Assembly (NCBI GenBank): GCA_965224025.1
Contig: OZ245033.1
Location: forward strand, 4,160,001 to 4,224,000
Direction: 5' to 3'
DNA length: 64,000 nt
Source: Candidatus Multivorans sp.
GTDB lineage: Bacteria > Acidobacteriota > Thermoanaerobaculia > Multivoradales > Multivoraceae
Shown: positions 1 to 10,114 of the stretch, one piece after another
Numbering within the stretch: the stretch's first letter is position 1
Layout: every line of letters begins with the position of its first letter
Made by a program: the position numbers and the translations under genes
The notes under the pieces: model-generated
What the model saw: the letters and a program-made list of their open reading frames with translations, nothing else
What the model was told of the DNA's origin: nothing
Database searches by the model: none

Positions 1-2
1 AG

Positions 3-1478
3 GCGGCCTGGCGGCCCGAGTTCTTCGAACAGGATCTGTTCATCGACCGCCTGATCGCGGAGAGCTTCGAACTGCGAATCGACGGCGTTCACTACCCGAT
101 CAACGAGCGCTTCCTGCACCGCGCCCTGACCGCCACGCCGACCGACCTGCAGACGATCAGCTTCCGCCAGGGGATCCTGCGCGAACTGGACGAGGACGAG
201 GAAGTCCTCGCCTCGGCCGAACGCCTCTACCGCGAGCTGTTCGGTCTGCTCTCGCTTCACCGCATGCCCCGCTACCACAGCGTCCTCGATACGGCGTCCC
301 ACAACCTGGACATCCTCAGGCAGAGCCGTCTCGTCATCGACCTGATGCACGATCGCTTCGAGACGGTCCGCTCGGGACTCCGACGACTGTACGAAGGGGC
401 AGTCGCGATCCGCGCGACCGAGGAGTACGCGACCCTTGCCGCCCTTCTCGACTACGAGAGCAAGCTCGCCGAACTGAACCTCGACATCACTCTCGGCGGC
501 GACGGGCGCATCCGCGGCCTCGAGGTGCGCTCCCTCGAGGAGTGCCGTGACAATCCGTTCTGGACCCGGCCGATCAAGCGGCTCTGGAGCCGCGCTCGGC
601 TCGGCCTCGGCGGCTACTCGATGGGCAACCGGGAACTCCTGAACCGGGTCGTCGAGCGGGTCTACGTCTCTCTGTCGCCCGCCCTGATACCCCTGATCCA
701 GATGCTCGGCCAACTGGAGCTCTACCTCGCCTCCCGCGCTCTCCGTGACCGCGCCGCCGAGCGCGGTCTCTCCATGTGCATTCCCGAGTTCCGGCCGGAA
801 CATGATGGCGACTCCGCAATCGAGTGTGAACACCTGTTCAACCCGCTGCTGCTGACCCAGGAGCTGGCGCCCGTGCCGTGTACGGTGAGAACGGTCGGTA
901 GCGTGCCGATCACCGTGGTCACCGGTCCGAACTCGGGAGGCAAGACGCGGCTGATCCAGGCCATCGCGCTGGCTCAACTGCTCGGTCAGTCCGGCCTCTA
1001 CGCGCCCTGCAGCCGCGCCCGGATGCGCGTCCGGCAGGGGCTGTTCGTGTCCCTGATCGAGCGCGAAAGCGCGGATCAGGTCGAGGGCCGCCTGGGGCGC
1101 GAACTCGTGCGCATCCGCACCCTCTTCGAAGAGATGGAGCATGGCTCGATGGTGGTCCTGGACGAGCTGTGCTCGGGCACCAACCCTTCGGAGGGAATCG
1201 AGGTCTTCACTCTCGTGCTCCAGCTCCTCCGGCGTGTCCAGCCCGTGGCCTACGTAACCACCCACTTCCTCGACCACGCCCGCGCCCTCCAGCAGAACCA
1301 CATGGAACTGGGCCTCGAGTTCCTCCAGGTACAGCTCGACGACGAGCGCCGGAGCACCTATCAGTTCAAGGGCGGCGTCGCCCGCACGTCCCTGGCGGCG
1401 CTCACCGCGGAGCGGCTCGGCGTCACCTTCGAGAACCTATCGGCAGCTGTCGACGAGCGCCGGGCGAAGGCCGGCTAG
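3..1478 (+). CDS. MutS-related ATPase (MutS domain V protein), 5'-truncated by window edge
   Basis: Frame is open from base 3 (AAWRPEFFEQDLF...) into the 264..1478 ORF. Walker A TGPNSGGKT, Walker B VVLDELCSGT and the TTH motif are typical of MutS domain V. Confidence 0.8.
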   Translation, partial: AAWRPEFFEQDLFIDRLIAESFELRIDGVHYPINERFLHRALTATPTDLQTISFRQGILRELDEDEEVLASAERLYRELFGLLSLHRMPRYHSVLDTASHNLDILRQSRLVIDLMHDRFETVRSGLRRLYEGAVAIRATEEYATLAALLDYESKLAELNLDITLGGDGRIRGLEVRSLEECRDNPFWTRPIKRLWSRARLGLGGYSMGNRELLNRVVERVYVSLSPALIPLIQMLGQLELYLASRALRDRAAERGLSMCIPEFRPEHDGDSAIECEHLFNPLLLTQELAPVPCTVRTVGSVPITVVTGPNSGGKTRLIQAIALAQLLGQSGLYAPCSRARMRVRQGLFVSLIERESADQVEGRLGRELVRIRTLFEEMEHGSMVVLDELCSGTNPSEGIEVFTLVLQLLRRVQPVAYVTTHFLDHARALQQNHMELGLEFLQVQLDDERRSTYQFKGGVARTSLAALTAERLGVTFENLSAAVDERRAKAG

Positions 1479-1529
1479 GAGTGTCCGCAGCGTTGTCGCT
1501 GCGCTGTCGCGCAGGGAACAGGCAGCGAG

Positions 1530-1730
1530 TAGCCAACGTTACAGCGGCGTCGTGGGTTCATAGAGTTGGCCGCGCTGGGCAGCGAGGCCGCGCAGGCACT
1601 GGTGTGTTGGCGCCCGACTAGGAGTTTGGCCCGGACCGTGATCGGCGCTCTGACGCTGGCGGCGCGGCTTGTGTCGCGACCCCGTATGCAAGATTGAGCT
1701 TTTCGCCGCGGTCTCTGCCCAGCGCGACGA
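1530..1730 (+). ncRNA. Candidate IS110 bridge/guide RNA in the left non-coding end
   Basis: A perfect 12-bp stem (1571-1582 with 1715-1726, extendable) encloses two hairpin arms with internal loops. The position matches IS110 bridge RNAs. Strand is inferred from G-U wobble pairs. Confidence 0.55.
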
Positions 1731-1759
1731 TTGGATTCCACATCTACGGGAGGCAGGGG

Positions 1760-3079
1760 ATGGCAAAGCGGAAGGCGGAGCGTCTGGAAGTCGTTCACCC
1801 GGATTGCGCCGGTGTGGACGTAGGCAAGCGCAAGCACTACGTGGCGGTGGCCCCGTCGCGTTTCGAGCGGCCGGTGCGCAATTTCTCGTCGTTCACGGAG
1901 GACCTCGAGGCGATGGCCTCGTGGCTTCAGGAGTGCGGCGTGCGTGAGGTGGCGCTGGAGTCGACGGGGGTGTACTGGATTCCGGTGTTCGAGGTGCTGG
2001 ACCGGGCGGGGTTCGAGGTGCATCTGGTGAATCCTCGGGCGACCAAGCAGGTGAGTGGCCGCAAGAGTGACGTTCTGGACTGCCAGTGGATCCGGCAGTT
2101 GATGAGCTACGGGCTCCTGCGCGGTGCGTTTCGCGCGCCGGACGAGTTGTGTCCGCTGCGTTCGTACACGCGGCAGCGCGCCCAGTTGGTCCGCGACCGC
2201 AGCCGCGCGGTGCAGCACATCCAGAAGGCTCTGGTGCAGATGAACGTGCAGTTGGACAACGTGCTGAGCGACATCATGGGCAAGACCGGCCAGTTGATCG
2301 TGCGCGCGATCGTCGCCGGCGAGCGCGACGGCGCGGCGCTGGCCCGTCACCGGGACGGTCGCTGCAAGGCTGGTCCGGCTGTGATCGCGGCGAGTTTGCA
2401 AGGCAACTGGCGAGACGAGCACCTGTTCGCTCTGGGCCAGGCGCTGGCCCGCTACGACATGCTGCAAGGCCAGATCGAGATGTGCGAGAAGCGCATCGAC
2501 GCCGAGCTCGACGGCCTGGCCCAAGACGGCGTCGAGGACGCGCCGCCGCCCGGTTCGAAGGCGCGCGAGCGCGCCCTGCGGAAGCGGCTGCATCGCATGC
2601 TCGGCGTGGACCTGGTCGCCATTCCGACGGTCGGCGTCGAAACCGCGCTGACCTTCGCCGCTGAGATCGGCCCGGACCTGTCCCGGTTTCCCTCGCAGGG
2701 CAACTTCTGCTCGTGGCTGTGTCTGGCTCCACCGACCAACATCAGCGGCGACAAACGGCTGAACGGCCCTCCCGTGAAGCAGACCAACCGGGTCGGCCAG
2801 ACGCTGCGCCAAGCCGCCACCACAGCCCGCAACAGCAAGACCGCCATCGGAGCCTCTCACCGCCGGCGTCTCCAGCACATGGAGAAGGCGAAGGCCATCA
2901 AGGCCACCGCTCATCAACTCGGCCGACTGATCTACGCCATGCTGACCCACGGCGAAGAGTACGTCGAGCGCGACCTCGCCGAAATGGAGGCCGTCCGACG
3001 CGAACGACAAATCAGAAACCTGCAGCGTCAGGCCCGCCGCCTGAATCTGGCTCTCGTGCCGACCGAACATGCCGCCTGA
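1760..3079 (+). CDS. IS110-family DEDD recombinase/transposase
   Basis: N-terminal RuvC-like motifs GVDVGK, ESTG and RKSDVLD. C-terminal Tnp domain IPTVG...EIGPDLSRF...ISGD. ATG at 1760 follows GGGAGG. Confidence 0.95.
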   Translation: MAKRKAERLEVVHPDCAGVDVGKRKHYVAVAPSRFERPVRNFSSFTEDLEAMASWLQECGVREVALESTGVYWIPVFEVLDRAGFEVHLVNPRATKQVSGRKSDVLDCQWIRQLMSYGLLRGAFRAPDELCPLRSYTRQRAQLVRDRSRAVQHIQKALVQMNVQLDNVLSDIMGKTGQLIVRAIVAGERDGAALARHRDGRCKAGPAVIAASLQGNWRDEHLFALGQALARYDMLQGQIEMCEKRIDAELDGLAQDGVEDAPPPGSKARERALRKRLHRMLGVDLVAIPTVGVETALTFAAEIGPDLSRFPSQGNFCSWLCLAPPTNISGDKRLNGPPVKQTNRVGQTLRQAATTARNSKTAIGASHRRRLQHMEKAKAIKATAHQLGRLIYAMLTHGEEYVERDLAEMEAVRRERQIRNLQRQARRLNLALVPTEHAA

Positions 3080-3400
3080 ATCGCGCAACCTGCGCTGCCA
3101 ACAAGGAACCCCTACCCGTTTGTTCCATGCAAGACTGCGCTGCGTCCGCGCAGCGCTGACTTGCATGGAACTGGTCGCCGACTGGGTGCGCGGGTCTTCT
3201 GACCCGCTGCCGCCGGAGGCGGCCAGAGATACGTGCCGGCCGTCAGGCCGGCTCCGCTTTGGCGGCCAGTTCCATACAAGCTTGCGCGACAGAACGATCT
3301 GACCTGGGAACCCGTGTGGCGCGCCCGCATCCGGACGCCGCGTCGTTCCCTGCGCGACAGCGCAGCGGACCGCCGCTGTGGATACTCCCAGGCGCCGGCT

Positions 3401-4092
3401 TCAGTATGGGACGCCGGTCGCCCGGCAGACGAAGCGCATCAGGGGGGACGCGGCCGCGCAGAGGCCGGTGAACTCGTCGAGGAAGCCGCGGCTTAGCAGG
3501 CGGGTCTGGTTCAGGTTGGCCACGGCCATGAACGACTTGCGCTTGATGTCGTCGATCCGCGGGTGACGGGCGTCGAATCCCCGCGGCGCCCGCTTCAGAC
3601 TCTCGCCGCCGAGTTCGAGCAAGTCGCCGAGCCCCGGGTCGACGGTCACCTCCCGCCAGCCCTCGCCATCGGCGACGATCTGCTGCCGGATCGCCCGCAG
3701 GGCCTCCGGATGCGGTCGCCACATTCCCCCGCCCATGAACACGCTGCCGGGCTCGATGTGGAGATAGAAGCCCGGCGCGTGGGCGTCCTTGTGCTGCTTG
3801 TGGCGGAAGTGAATGCCCACCTGGGTCTTGTAGGGGCTCTTGTCGCGCGAGAACCGGACGTCGCGGTGGATCCGGAACAGCGACCCGCCGACCTTCTTCG
3901 GCACTGCGTCGAAGTGCTTCGACACCTCGTCGAGCCGGGTCCCGAAGTCGCTGATGAACTGGAGCGCGGGCTCCCGCACCACGTCCTCGTAGCGCTCGCC
4001 GTTGGCCTTGAACCAGTCGCGGTCGTGTTCTCCACGAGGTCGCGCAGAAAGGCGAATGTCTCGCGCGAGAACGGGTTCTTCCATTGATCCAT
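3401..4092 (-). pseudogene. DUF2461 (TIGR02453-like) protein with a 1-bp deletion near 4026
   Basis: N-terminus MDQWKNPFSRETFAFLRDLVEN is in one frame and DRDWFKAN...RIHRDVRFSRDKSPYK in another. Adding one A restores ENNDRDWF. Confidence 0.75.
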
Positions 4093-4178
4093 CCGTTGCT
4101 CCGTGTGGTTCGGGATCAGGGGCAACTTGCCGGCGCGAAGTGTATTCTCGAAGGCGCTCAAACAGGGAGGGATCCGTA

Positions 4179-4928
4179 TTGGACATCTTCGTCGCCGAAC
4201 TGGTCGGCACCGCGCTCTTGATCATTCTCGGCGACGGCGTGGTCGCCAACGTCGTTCTGGCCCGCACCAAGGGGAACGACAGCGGCTGGATCGTCATCGC
4301 CACCGGCTGGGGACTGGCCGTCGCGCTCGCCGTCTACTGCGTCGGCCGGATCAGCGGCGCCCACATCAACCCGGCGGTCAGTGTCGGCATGTGGGCGATC
4401 GGCGAACTCGACGCCGCCCTGCTGCCGACCTACATCGGCGCCCAGATGCTCGGCGCGTTCCTTGGCGCGGTCGTCGTCTGGCTCACGTACCGTCCTCACT
4501 GGAGCGCCACCACTGACCAGGCGGCCAAGCTGGGCGTGTTCTGCACGGCGCCGGAAATCCCCGGACGCCGGGGCGCCAACTTCATCACCGAGGTGGTCGG
4601 CACCGCGGTGCTGGTGTTCGGCGTGCTCGCGATCGCCGCCAACGCCTCGGAGCTCTCAGGCGGCGGGATCGACCTGTCGGCCGTGTTCGCCACCGGCATC
4701 AACCCGCTGCTGGTCGGTTTCCTGGTCTGGGGCATCGGCCTGAGCCTGGGCGGTCCCACCGGCTACGCGATCAACCCGGCCCGCGACCTCGGTCCGCGCA
4801 TCGCCCACGCGGTACTGCCGATCCCCGGCAAGGGCGGCTCCGACTGGAGCTACGCGTGGGTACCGATCCTGGGTCCGTTGACCGGGGGCGTCCTCGGCGC
4901 CCTGGCCTTCCAGGGTCTCGGCTGGTAG
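4179..4928 (+). CDS. glpF: Glycerol uptake facilitator (MIP/aquaglyceroporin)
   Basis: SGAHINPAV and AINPARD motifs. TTG start after GGAGG. Lies directly upstream of glpK. Confidence 0.93.
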   Translation: MDIFVAELVGTALLIILGDGVVANVVLARTKGNDSGWIVIATGWGLAVALAVYCVGRISGAHINPAVSVGMWAIGELDAALLPTYIGAQMLGAFLGAVVVWLTYRPHWSATTDQAAKLGVFCTAPEIPGRRGANFITEVVGTAVLVFGVLAIAANASELSGGGIDLSAVFATGINPLLVGFLVWGIGLSLGGPTGYAINPARDLGPRIAHAVLPIPGKGGSDWSYAWVPILGPLTGGVLGALAFQGLGW

Positions 4929-4940
4929 ATCGCGGCGCCT

Positions 4941-6428
4941 ATGACCTACGTCCTCGCCCTGGACCAGGGCACCACGTCCAGCCGCTCCATCCTGTTCGAG
5001 CGCCGGGGAACCGCCGCTTCCTCCGCGCAGCAGGAGTTTCCGCAGCTCTACCCCTCACCCGGCCACGTCGAGCACGATCCCGAAGCGATCTGGACCACCC
5101 AACTCGACACGGCGCGCGCCGCCCTACGGAACGCCGGCGCGGACGTCTCGGACATCGAGGCCATCGGCATCGCCAACCAGCGCGAGACGGTCGTGCTGTG
5201 GGAGCGCGACAGCGGTAAGCCGGTCGACAACGCGATCGTCTGGCAGAGCCGCATCACCGCGCCGCTGTGCGAACAGTTGAAGGAGCAGGGCCACGAGGAC
5301 CTGTTCCGCGGCAAGACCGGCCTGGTGCTCGACCCCTACTTCTCCGGCACCAAGATCTCGCACCTGCTGGACAAGCACGACCTGCACGCGCGGGCGGCGC
5401 GCGGCGAGATCCTGGCTGGAACGATCGACAGCTTCCTGCTCTGGCGGCTGACTGGCGGCGAGGTCCACGCCACCGACGCGAGCAACGCCTCGCGCACCCT
5501 GCTCTTCGACATCCACAAACTGGACTGGGACGACGAGCTGCTCGGCATCCTGCGGGTGCCACGCGCCATGCTGCCCGAGGTCCGGGATTCGAGCGGCGAC
5601 TTCGGGCACACGGAGGAGAGTCTCTTCGGGCGGCGGATCCCGGTCGCCGGCATCGCCGGAGACCAGCAGGCGGCGACCTTCGGGCAGGCCTGCTTCGAAC
5701 CCGGAACGTGCAAGAACACCTACGGCACCGGCTGCTTCATCCTGATGAACACAGGCGACCGGGCGGTGGCCTCCGACAACGGCCTGCTCTCCACCGTCGG
5801 CTGGGTGCTCGACGGGCGGCCCACCTACTGCCTGGAGGGTTCGGTCTTCGTCGGCGGCGCGGCGGTGCAGTGGCTGCGCGACGGCCTGGGTCTGATCGAG
5901 AGGTCCGAACAGATCGAGGAGCTCGCCGCAAGCGAGGAGGACAGCGGCGGAGTCTACCTGGTACCCGCCTTCGTCGGCCTCGGCGCGCCGTACTGGGACC
6001 CCTACGCGCGCGGTCTGCTGATCGGCCTGGAGCGCTCGACCACCGCCGGCCACGTGGCGCGAGCCACCGTCGAATCGATGGCGTATCAGAGCCTCGACGT
6101 CGTGCGCGCCATGGAAGCCGACGCCGGTTCCGGCATGAGCGGCCTGCGGGTCGACGGCGGCGCGGCGGTCAACAACGACCTGATGCAGTTCCAGGCCGAC
6201 CTGCTGGGCACGCGGGTCCAGCGGCCGGTCGTCGCCGAGACCACGGCGCTCGGCGCCGCCTACCTGGCCGGTCTCGCGGTCGGCTTCTGGGCCGACCAGG
6301 CCGACGTGACCCGCAACTGGGCCCTCGACCGCGAGTTCGAACCGGAATCCTCATCGACCAAGCAGGAGCGCCTCGCCTCCGGCTGGCGACGCGCCGTCGA
6401 GAGATCGCGCGGCTGGGCGGAGATGTAG
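4941..6428 (+). CDS. glpK: Glycerol kinase
   Basis: [28 protein letters not shown] and VDGGA motifs. Confidence 0.97.
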   Translation: MTYVLALDQGTTSSRSILFERRGTAASSAQQEFPQLYPSPGHVEHDPEAIWTTQLDTARAALRNAGADVSDIEAIGIANQRETVVLWERDSGKPVDNAIVWQSRITAPLCEQLKEQGHEDLFRGKTGLVLDPYFSGTKISHLLDKHDLHARAARGEILAGTIDSFLLWRLTGGEVHATDASNASRTLLFDIHKLDWDDELLGILRVPRAMLPEVRDSSGDFGHTEESLFGRRIPVAGIAGDQQAATFGQACFEPGTCKNTYGTGCFILMNTGDRAVASDNGLLSTVGWVLDGRPTYCLEGSVFVGGAAVQWLRDGLGLIERSEQIEELAASEEDSGGVYLVPAFVGLGAPYWDPYARGLLIGLERSTTAGHVARATVESMAYQSLDVVRAMEADAGSGMSGLRVDGGAAVNNDLMQFQADLLGTRVQRPVVAETTALGAAYLAGLAVGFWADQADVTRNWALDREFEPESSSTKQERLASGWRRAVERSRGWAEM

Positions 6429-6463
6429 GAACGCAGCGCTTCCTCGGTTCCGGTCGGCCGCCT

Positions 6464-9400
6464 CTATTCAGGCGTCGCGGCCTCCTGTACAGCAATCAGT
6501 TTCTCGCCTGCCGGCACCACGAGATCCACCGTTGACGAACCCACGACGCGGCCGCCAGGCCGCCGCACGATCACATGGTACGGAACTTCGAACAGTCCGT
6601 CGATCAAGAAGTCGCCGTCTTGAGCGCTCCGGGCAACCCCTGTCTGGCCCACGCGTTCCGCCACCTCGAGAGTCGCGTGAGCAGGAGCGGCCACCACTTC
6701 GAATCCCGCGGCCGGTCCACCGTTGTCCGCCCGCACGAGGCGGCCTGCAAGCACGGCGCTGCGCGCCCGGAAGTCGGCCCAGCTTTCGCCCTCCACGTTC
6801 ACGGTGCGGCGCTCTCCAACCGCCGCGATCTCGACGCGGCCACTGCGCAGACCGTCGATGACGTAGATGCCGCGATGGTCCGTTCGCACAGCCCAGGCAT
6901 CGCCGGCGCGCTCGTCGATCACGAACACCGGCGCGCCAGCCAGCGGACTGCCATCGACCGTGACCAGACCGGCCAGCCGACCGCTCGTCTCGGCGTCGTC
7001 GAACGTGATTTCGATCTCCGTCGCTCCGCGCGGTAGAACGTCTACGGTGCGGCGCTGCATGCGGTCCGAGGACCGCACCCCGGCCACAAGCACAACCGTC
7101 CCGATCGGAGGGTCGTGCTGCACGAAAACCGGAGCGCCTCCCAGTTGGTTCGGCGACCTCTTTAGTCGGCCGCCTCCACCCGGCGATAGGGGAGTGGGCT
7201 CGATCCCGACCTCGACCGTAGCGGCCTCCTCGGCCGTCAGACCCGCGACGCGCGCTCTGATTTCCCGTGCCGCGCCAAGCCTGAGCACGACATGGACCGG
7301 CTCGTTCGTGCCTACTTCGATTTCTCGCGACGTGGCAGCATAGCCGTCCACTTCGGCGCTCGCCCGGTAGAGCCCCGGAATCACATCGAGGCGAAACGAA
7401 CCGTCCGGCGCGCTTCGCTCTTCCCTGTCTGGCGCCAGCGGACGGCTGATCCGCACGGTGGCGCCGGCAACCGGCAAGCCAGCCGTGTCTTCGACCCACC
7501 CCTCAACCCGGACCGGCGTCAAGTCGAGAACCAACTCGGTGATACCCGGCTGAACATCGCGGTACCACATGATCGGTTGACCAGACTCCCCTCCAGGCGG
7601 CCAGCAGAACACCATGCTCTCGCCCATAGGGAGGCCAGACAGTTCAAACCGACCCGCGCCATCGGTCGTCGCGCGTTCCATCGTATTCATCTGGACTACT
7701 GCTCCCACGACCGGTGCGCCGCCCGAATTCACGACGCCCCGCACCGTGGCGTCTCCACGGCGAAGGACCAGCACGAGGCCGTCGCCGGTCGAGTACAACC
7801 CGTCGTCATCCGTGAGTTCACGTCGAAACGGCGCATAACCGAACGCCTCCACCTTCAGGACACCATTGAGCGAAGCCAGACCGCGAAGGAGGAACCTGCC
7901 CTCCGACCCGGTTCGTTCGAGCGCCAACTGCCGACGTTCCGCTTGGTCGAGTAGTTGAACACGAGTACCCTCAATGCCCTTGCCGGACGCTTCGTCCACG
8001 AGACGGCCGCGCAACTCGGCCGCCGGCTCCATGGCGATCTCGACCCTGCGGGGGTCAGCCGCGCGATCGACGTACACGCGAAGCCGTTCGGCCCTCACAT
8101 AGCCGGCGTGCTGCACGACGAGGTCCAGCAGATCGCCGTGCCGAAGCCCTCCGATTCGAAAACCGCCCTCCGCATCGGACCGAATCTCCCCTGTAGACCA
8201 CGCCACGGAATCGAGGCTCAGCGCACCCGTCACGTCCGGACTACGCCCGAACCCCACCACCGCGTCGGCAAAGGGAAGGCCGGCGCTATCCGTGACGATT
8301 CCCTCCACGGCCAGTTCCGGCTCCAATGCCACCTGCCCGAGGTCGTGCCAACCCGTCCACTCCGCAAGCAGCGCAGCAGATCCCGCGTTTGAGCGTAGGG
8401 GAACAAAGCGGGTCGCATAGCCCGGCGCGCCTACCGCGACCGAGCTGGCGGCGGGAGAGACATCGGGAAATCGGAACACTCCGTCTTCATCCGCCTGTGT
8501 CACATCGTGAAGACTGGGGTTCGACGCCAGAAAAAGATCGACTGGGCCGAGGGAAGGCGGCACGAAGAGACGCTGCTGACCGACCAGGGCAGCCAACCCT
8601 GCGACTCCCTCTCCCGAGGGCGAGACGATCCGGCCGAAAATCGACGCCGCACGCTCTAGGCGTACAACGATCGGCCCCGGGGCAAAGGCTCGCGAAGTTG
8701 CCGGTTCCAGGGCGACTCTCGCGGCCCGGTAGCCCTCCGCACGCACGACCAGACGCGGTGGGCTCTGCGCCTCGCTCGCTTCAATCCGAAACCCGCCGTT
8801 GGGAGCGGTCAAGGCGACGGGCGCCAGACGCCCTGTGTAGGCACCGTACAGCGCGACCTCAGCACCCTGCACGGGATCGCCCGTTTCGTCTGCCAGGACG
8901 ACACCTTCGATCGATCGAAACGGCGTCAGCTCGAGGTCCTCCTGATCGAGCAACCAATCGACGGTCTGCTTCTCGAAGCCTGGAGCGAGGATCGTCGTTT
9001 TCACTGCGCCCGCTGGCGGCCGGACGGTCCATGTCGTTCGGTGCCTAGTTCCAGGGGCCATGACTGTGGGGCCGAGCGTCTGCCTTGCCAGCAGGTCACC
9101 GGCTCTCGACCGGTGGATCGCAACAATCGTCGTAGCCAGCGCCTCCCCCGCATCGGCCGAGGCAAGGACTGTCACCGATCGCTCCGGCACGGCGAGTCTT
9201 CGCGTTCCCGCGTCCTCGACGCGAATCCGCCACTCGCCACCGGAAGGACCGAGAACACGGTACGCGCCGCGGGGCACAGCAACCTTGCCGGCTTCGTCCG
9301 CGACGCCGACCGGCCAACCGGCCGTGTCAACAAGAACAGCCGCCTGCAACGCCTCGCCAAGGGCATCGCCATCGCCCTTCGCGCCGTCAATGACCAGTCG

Positions 9401-10114
9401 CAGATCGAACAAGGGTTCGGAGCGCGGTTCCAACGACGCTTCGATCAGAGCTCCCGACGAACACTCGAAGCTGGACGGCGCATGACCCGGAGCTCCGATT
9501 CTGATCCCCAAAGGTTGGGGCGACGAACCCGGATCGGCTACCGGATCGAGCCAGTAGTGGCGGTCGGAACCGGCACGGTCGAGTCTGATCCACGGCCTCC
9601 AGACCTCCCAACGTGGAAAAGCGCCCGCGCCACCATCCACGTTGCCTGCCCTGCGGCTCGGCGCCACCCAGGCAACCGCCGGACCCAGCAGTCGCAACCG
9701 ACAGGACGATCCACGCTTCGGTTGAAACGGCGGCAACAACACATTCGAGAGCGGACCAATGAGTGGAAAAGCCATGTCGGGAGAAGCTAAGCCAGCGCGA
9801 GAACCCTGGACCACGACCCACCAGACGCCGGGTTGCGGCACATCCACGGCGAAATCCTTCTCTCCCGGCTGGATCAAAGCCTCACCAAAACCGAGCCGCT
9901 CCTCCTGGCCACTCGAAACGACCATCGCCATCTGCTCGTAGAGGGGACGTTCGGCCGCCAAGTGCAGAATCGCGCTATAGTCCGCAGGCTGGTTCGATAC
10001 ACTGCCGAACACAGTCGAGATCGATGTCTGCTGGGCCGTGGCAAGCGTTGATGCGCAGACGAGCAGAACCGCAACCATCGCCGAGGCGCTTTGCGCAACC
10101 AAGGCCATGCTCAC
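6464..10114 (-). CDS. Large secreted protein with tandem carboxypeptidase-regulatory-like (prealbumin/CnaB-type) beta domains
   Basis: Signal peptide. Repeated 'G.V.D..G.PV.GA.V...T...G.F' units across 1216 aa. Codon usage is visibly less GC3-biased than the neighbours. Confidence 0.75.
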   Translation of the reverse strand: MSMALVAQSASAMVAVLLVCASTLATAQQTSISTVFGSVSNQPADYSAILHLAAERPLYEQMAMVVSSGQEERLGFGEALIQPGEKDFAVDVPQPGVWWVVVQGSRAGLASPDMAFPLIGPLSNVLLPPFQPKRGSSCRLRLLGPAVAWVAPSRRAGNVDGGAGAFPRWEVWRPWIRLDRAGSDRHYWLDPVADPGSSPQPLGIRIGAPGHAPSSFECSSGALIEASLEPRSEPLFDLRLVIDGAKGDGDALGEALQAAVLVDTAGWPVGVADEAGKVAVPRGAYRVLGPSGGEWRIRVEDAGTRRLAVPERSVTVLASADAGEALATTIVAIHRSRAGDLLARQTLGPTVMAPGTRHRTTWTVRPPAGAVKTTILAPGFEKQTVDWLLDQEDLELTPFRSIEGVVLADETGDPVQGAEVALYGAYTGRLAPVALTAPNGGFRIEASEAQSPPRLVVRAEGYRAARVALEPATSRAFAPGPIVVRLERAASIFGRIVSPSGEGVAGLAALVGQQRLFVPPSLGPVDLFLASNPSLHDVTQADEDGVFRFPDVSPAASSVAVGAPGYATRFVPLRSNAGSAALLAEWTGWHDLGQVALEPELAVEGIVTDSAGLPFADAVVGFGRSPDVTGALSLDSVAWSTGEIRSDAEGGFRIGGLRHGDLLDLVVQHAGYVRAERLRVYVDRAADPRRVEIAMEPAAELRGRLVDEASGKGIEGTRVQLLDQAERRQLALERTGSEGRFLLRGLASLNGVLKVEAFGYAPFRRELTDDDGLYSTGDGLVLVLRRGDATVRGVVNSGGAPVVGAVVQMNTMERATTDGAGRFELSGLPMGESMVFCWPPGGESGQPIMWYRDVQPGITELVLDLTPVRVEGWVEDTAGLPVAGATVRISRPLAPDREERSAPDGSFRLDVIPGLYRASAEVDGYAATSREIEVGTNEPVHVVLRLGAAREIRARVAGLTAEEAATVEVGIEPTPLSPGGGGRLKRSPNQLGGAPVFVQHDPPIGTVVLVAGVRSSDRMQRRTVDVLPRGATEIEITFDDAETSGRLAGLVTVDGSPLAGAPVFVIDERAGDAWAVRTDHRGIYVIDGLRSGRVEIAAVGERRTVNVEGESWADFRARSAVLAGRLVRADNGGPAAGFEVVAAPAHATLEVAERVGQTGVARSAQDGDFLIDGLFEVPYHVIVRRPGGRVVGSSTVDLVVPAGEKLIAVQEAATPE

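Larger units (their letters stand above)
1517..3103 (+). mobile_element. IS110-family insertion sequence
   Basis: Contains the IS110 recombinase. AACA is duplicated at 1517-1520 and 3100-3103, and the 7-bp IRs ggcagcg (1521-1527) and cgctgcc (3093-3099) abut it. The left non-coding end is long and the right end short. Boundaries are inferred. Confidence 0.75.
1476..3390. repeat. Composite palindromic (REP/MITE-like) element interrupted by IS110
   Basis: 1478-1519 is an inverted copy of 3345-3388 (23 bp perfect: cgctgcgctgtcgcgcagggaac). Internal hairpins lie at 3122-3171 and 3160-3280. Modules are shared with 31718-31847 and 59720-59881. Confidence 0.75.

Noticed and set aside
1481-3123. Alternative IS110 boundaries with a GT core (1481-1482 / 3122-3123)
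   Set aside because: Disfavoured but not excluded. 1478-1519 has an inverted twin outside the IS (3345-3388), so it belongs to the host repeat. The AACA boundaries also give abutting IRs.
1475-3166. 563-aa antisense ORF over the IS110, and similar long antisense ORFs (5124-6053, 16824-18455, 34187-36310, 43652-45748, 56816-58876)
   Set aside because: Shadow frames of high-GC genes with no recognisable motifs.
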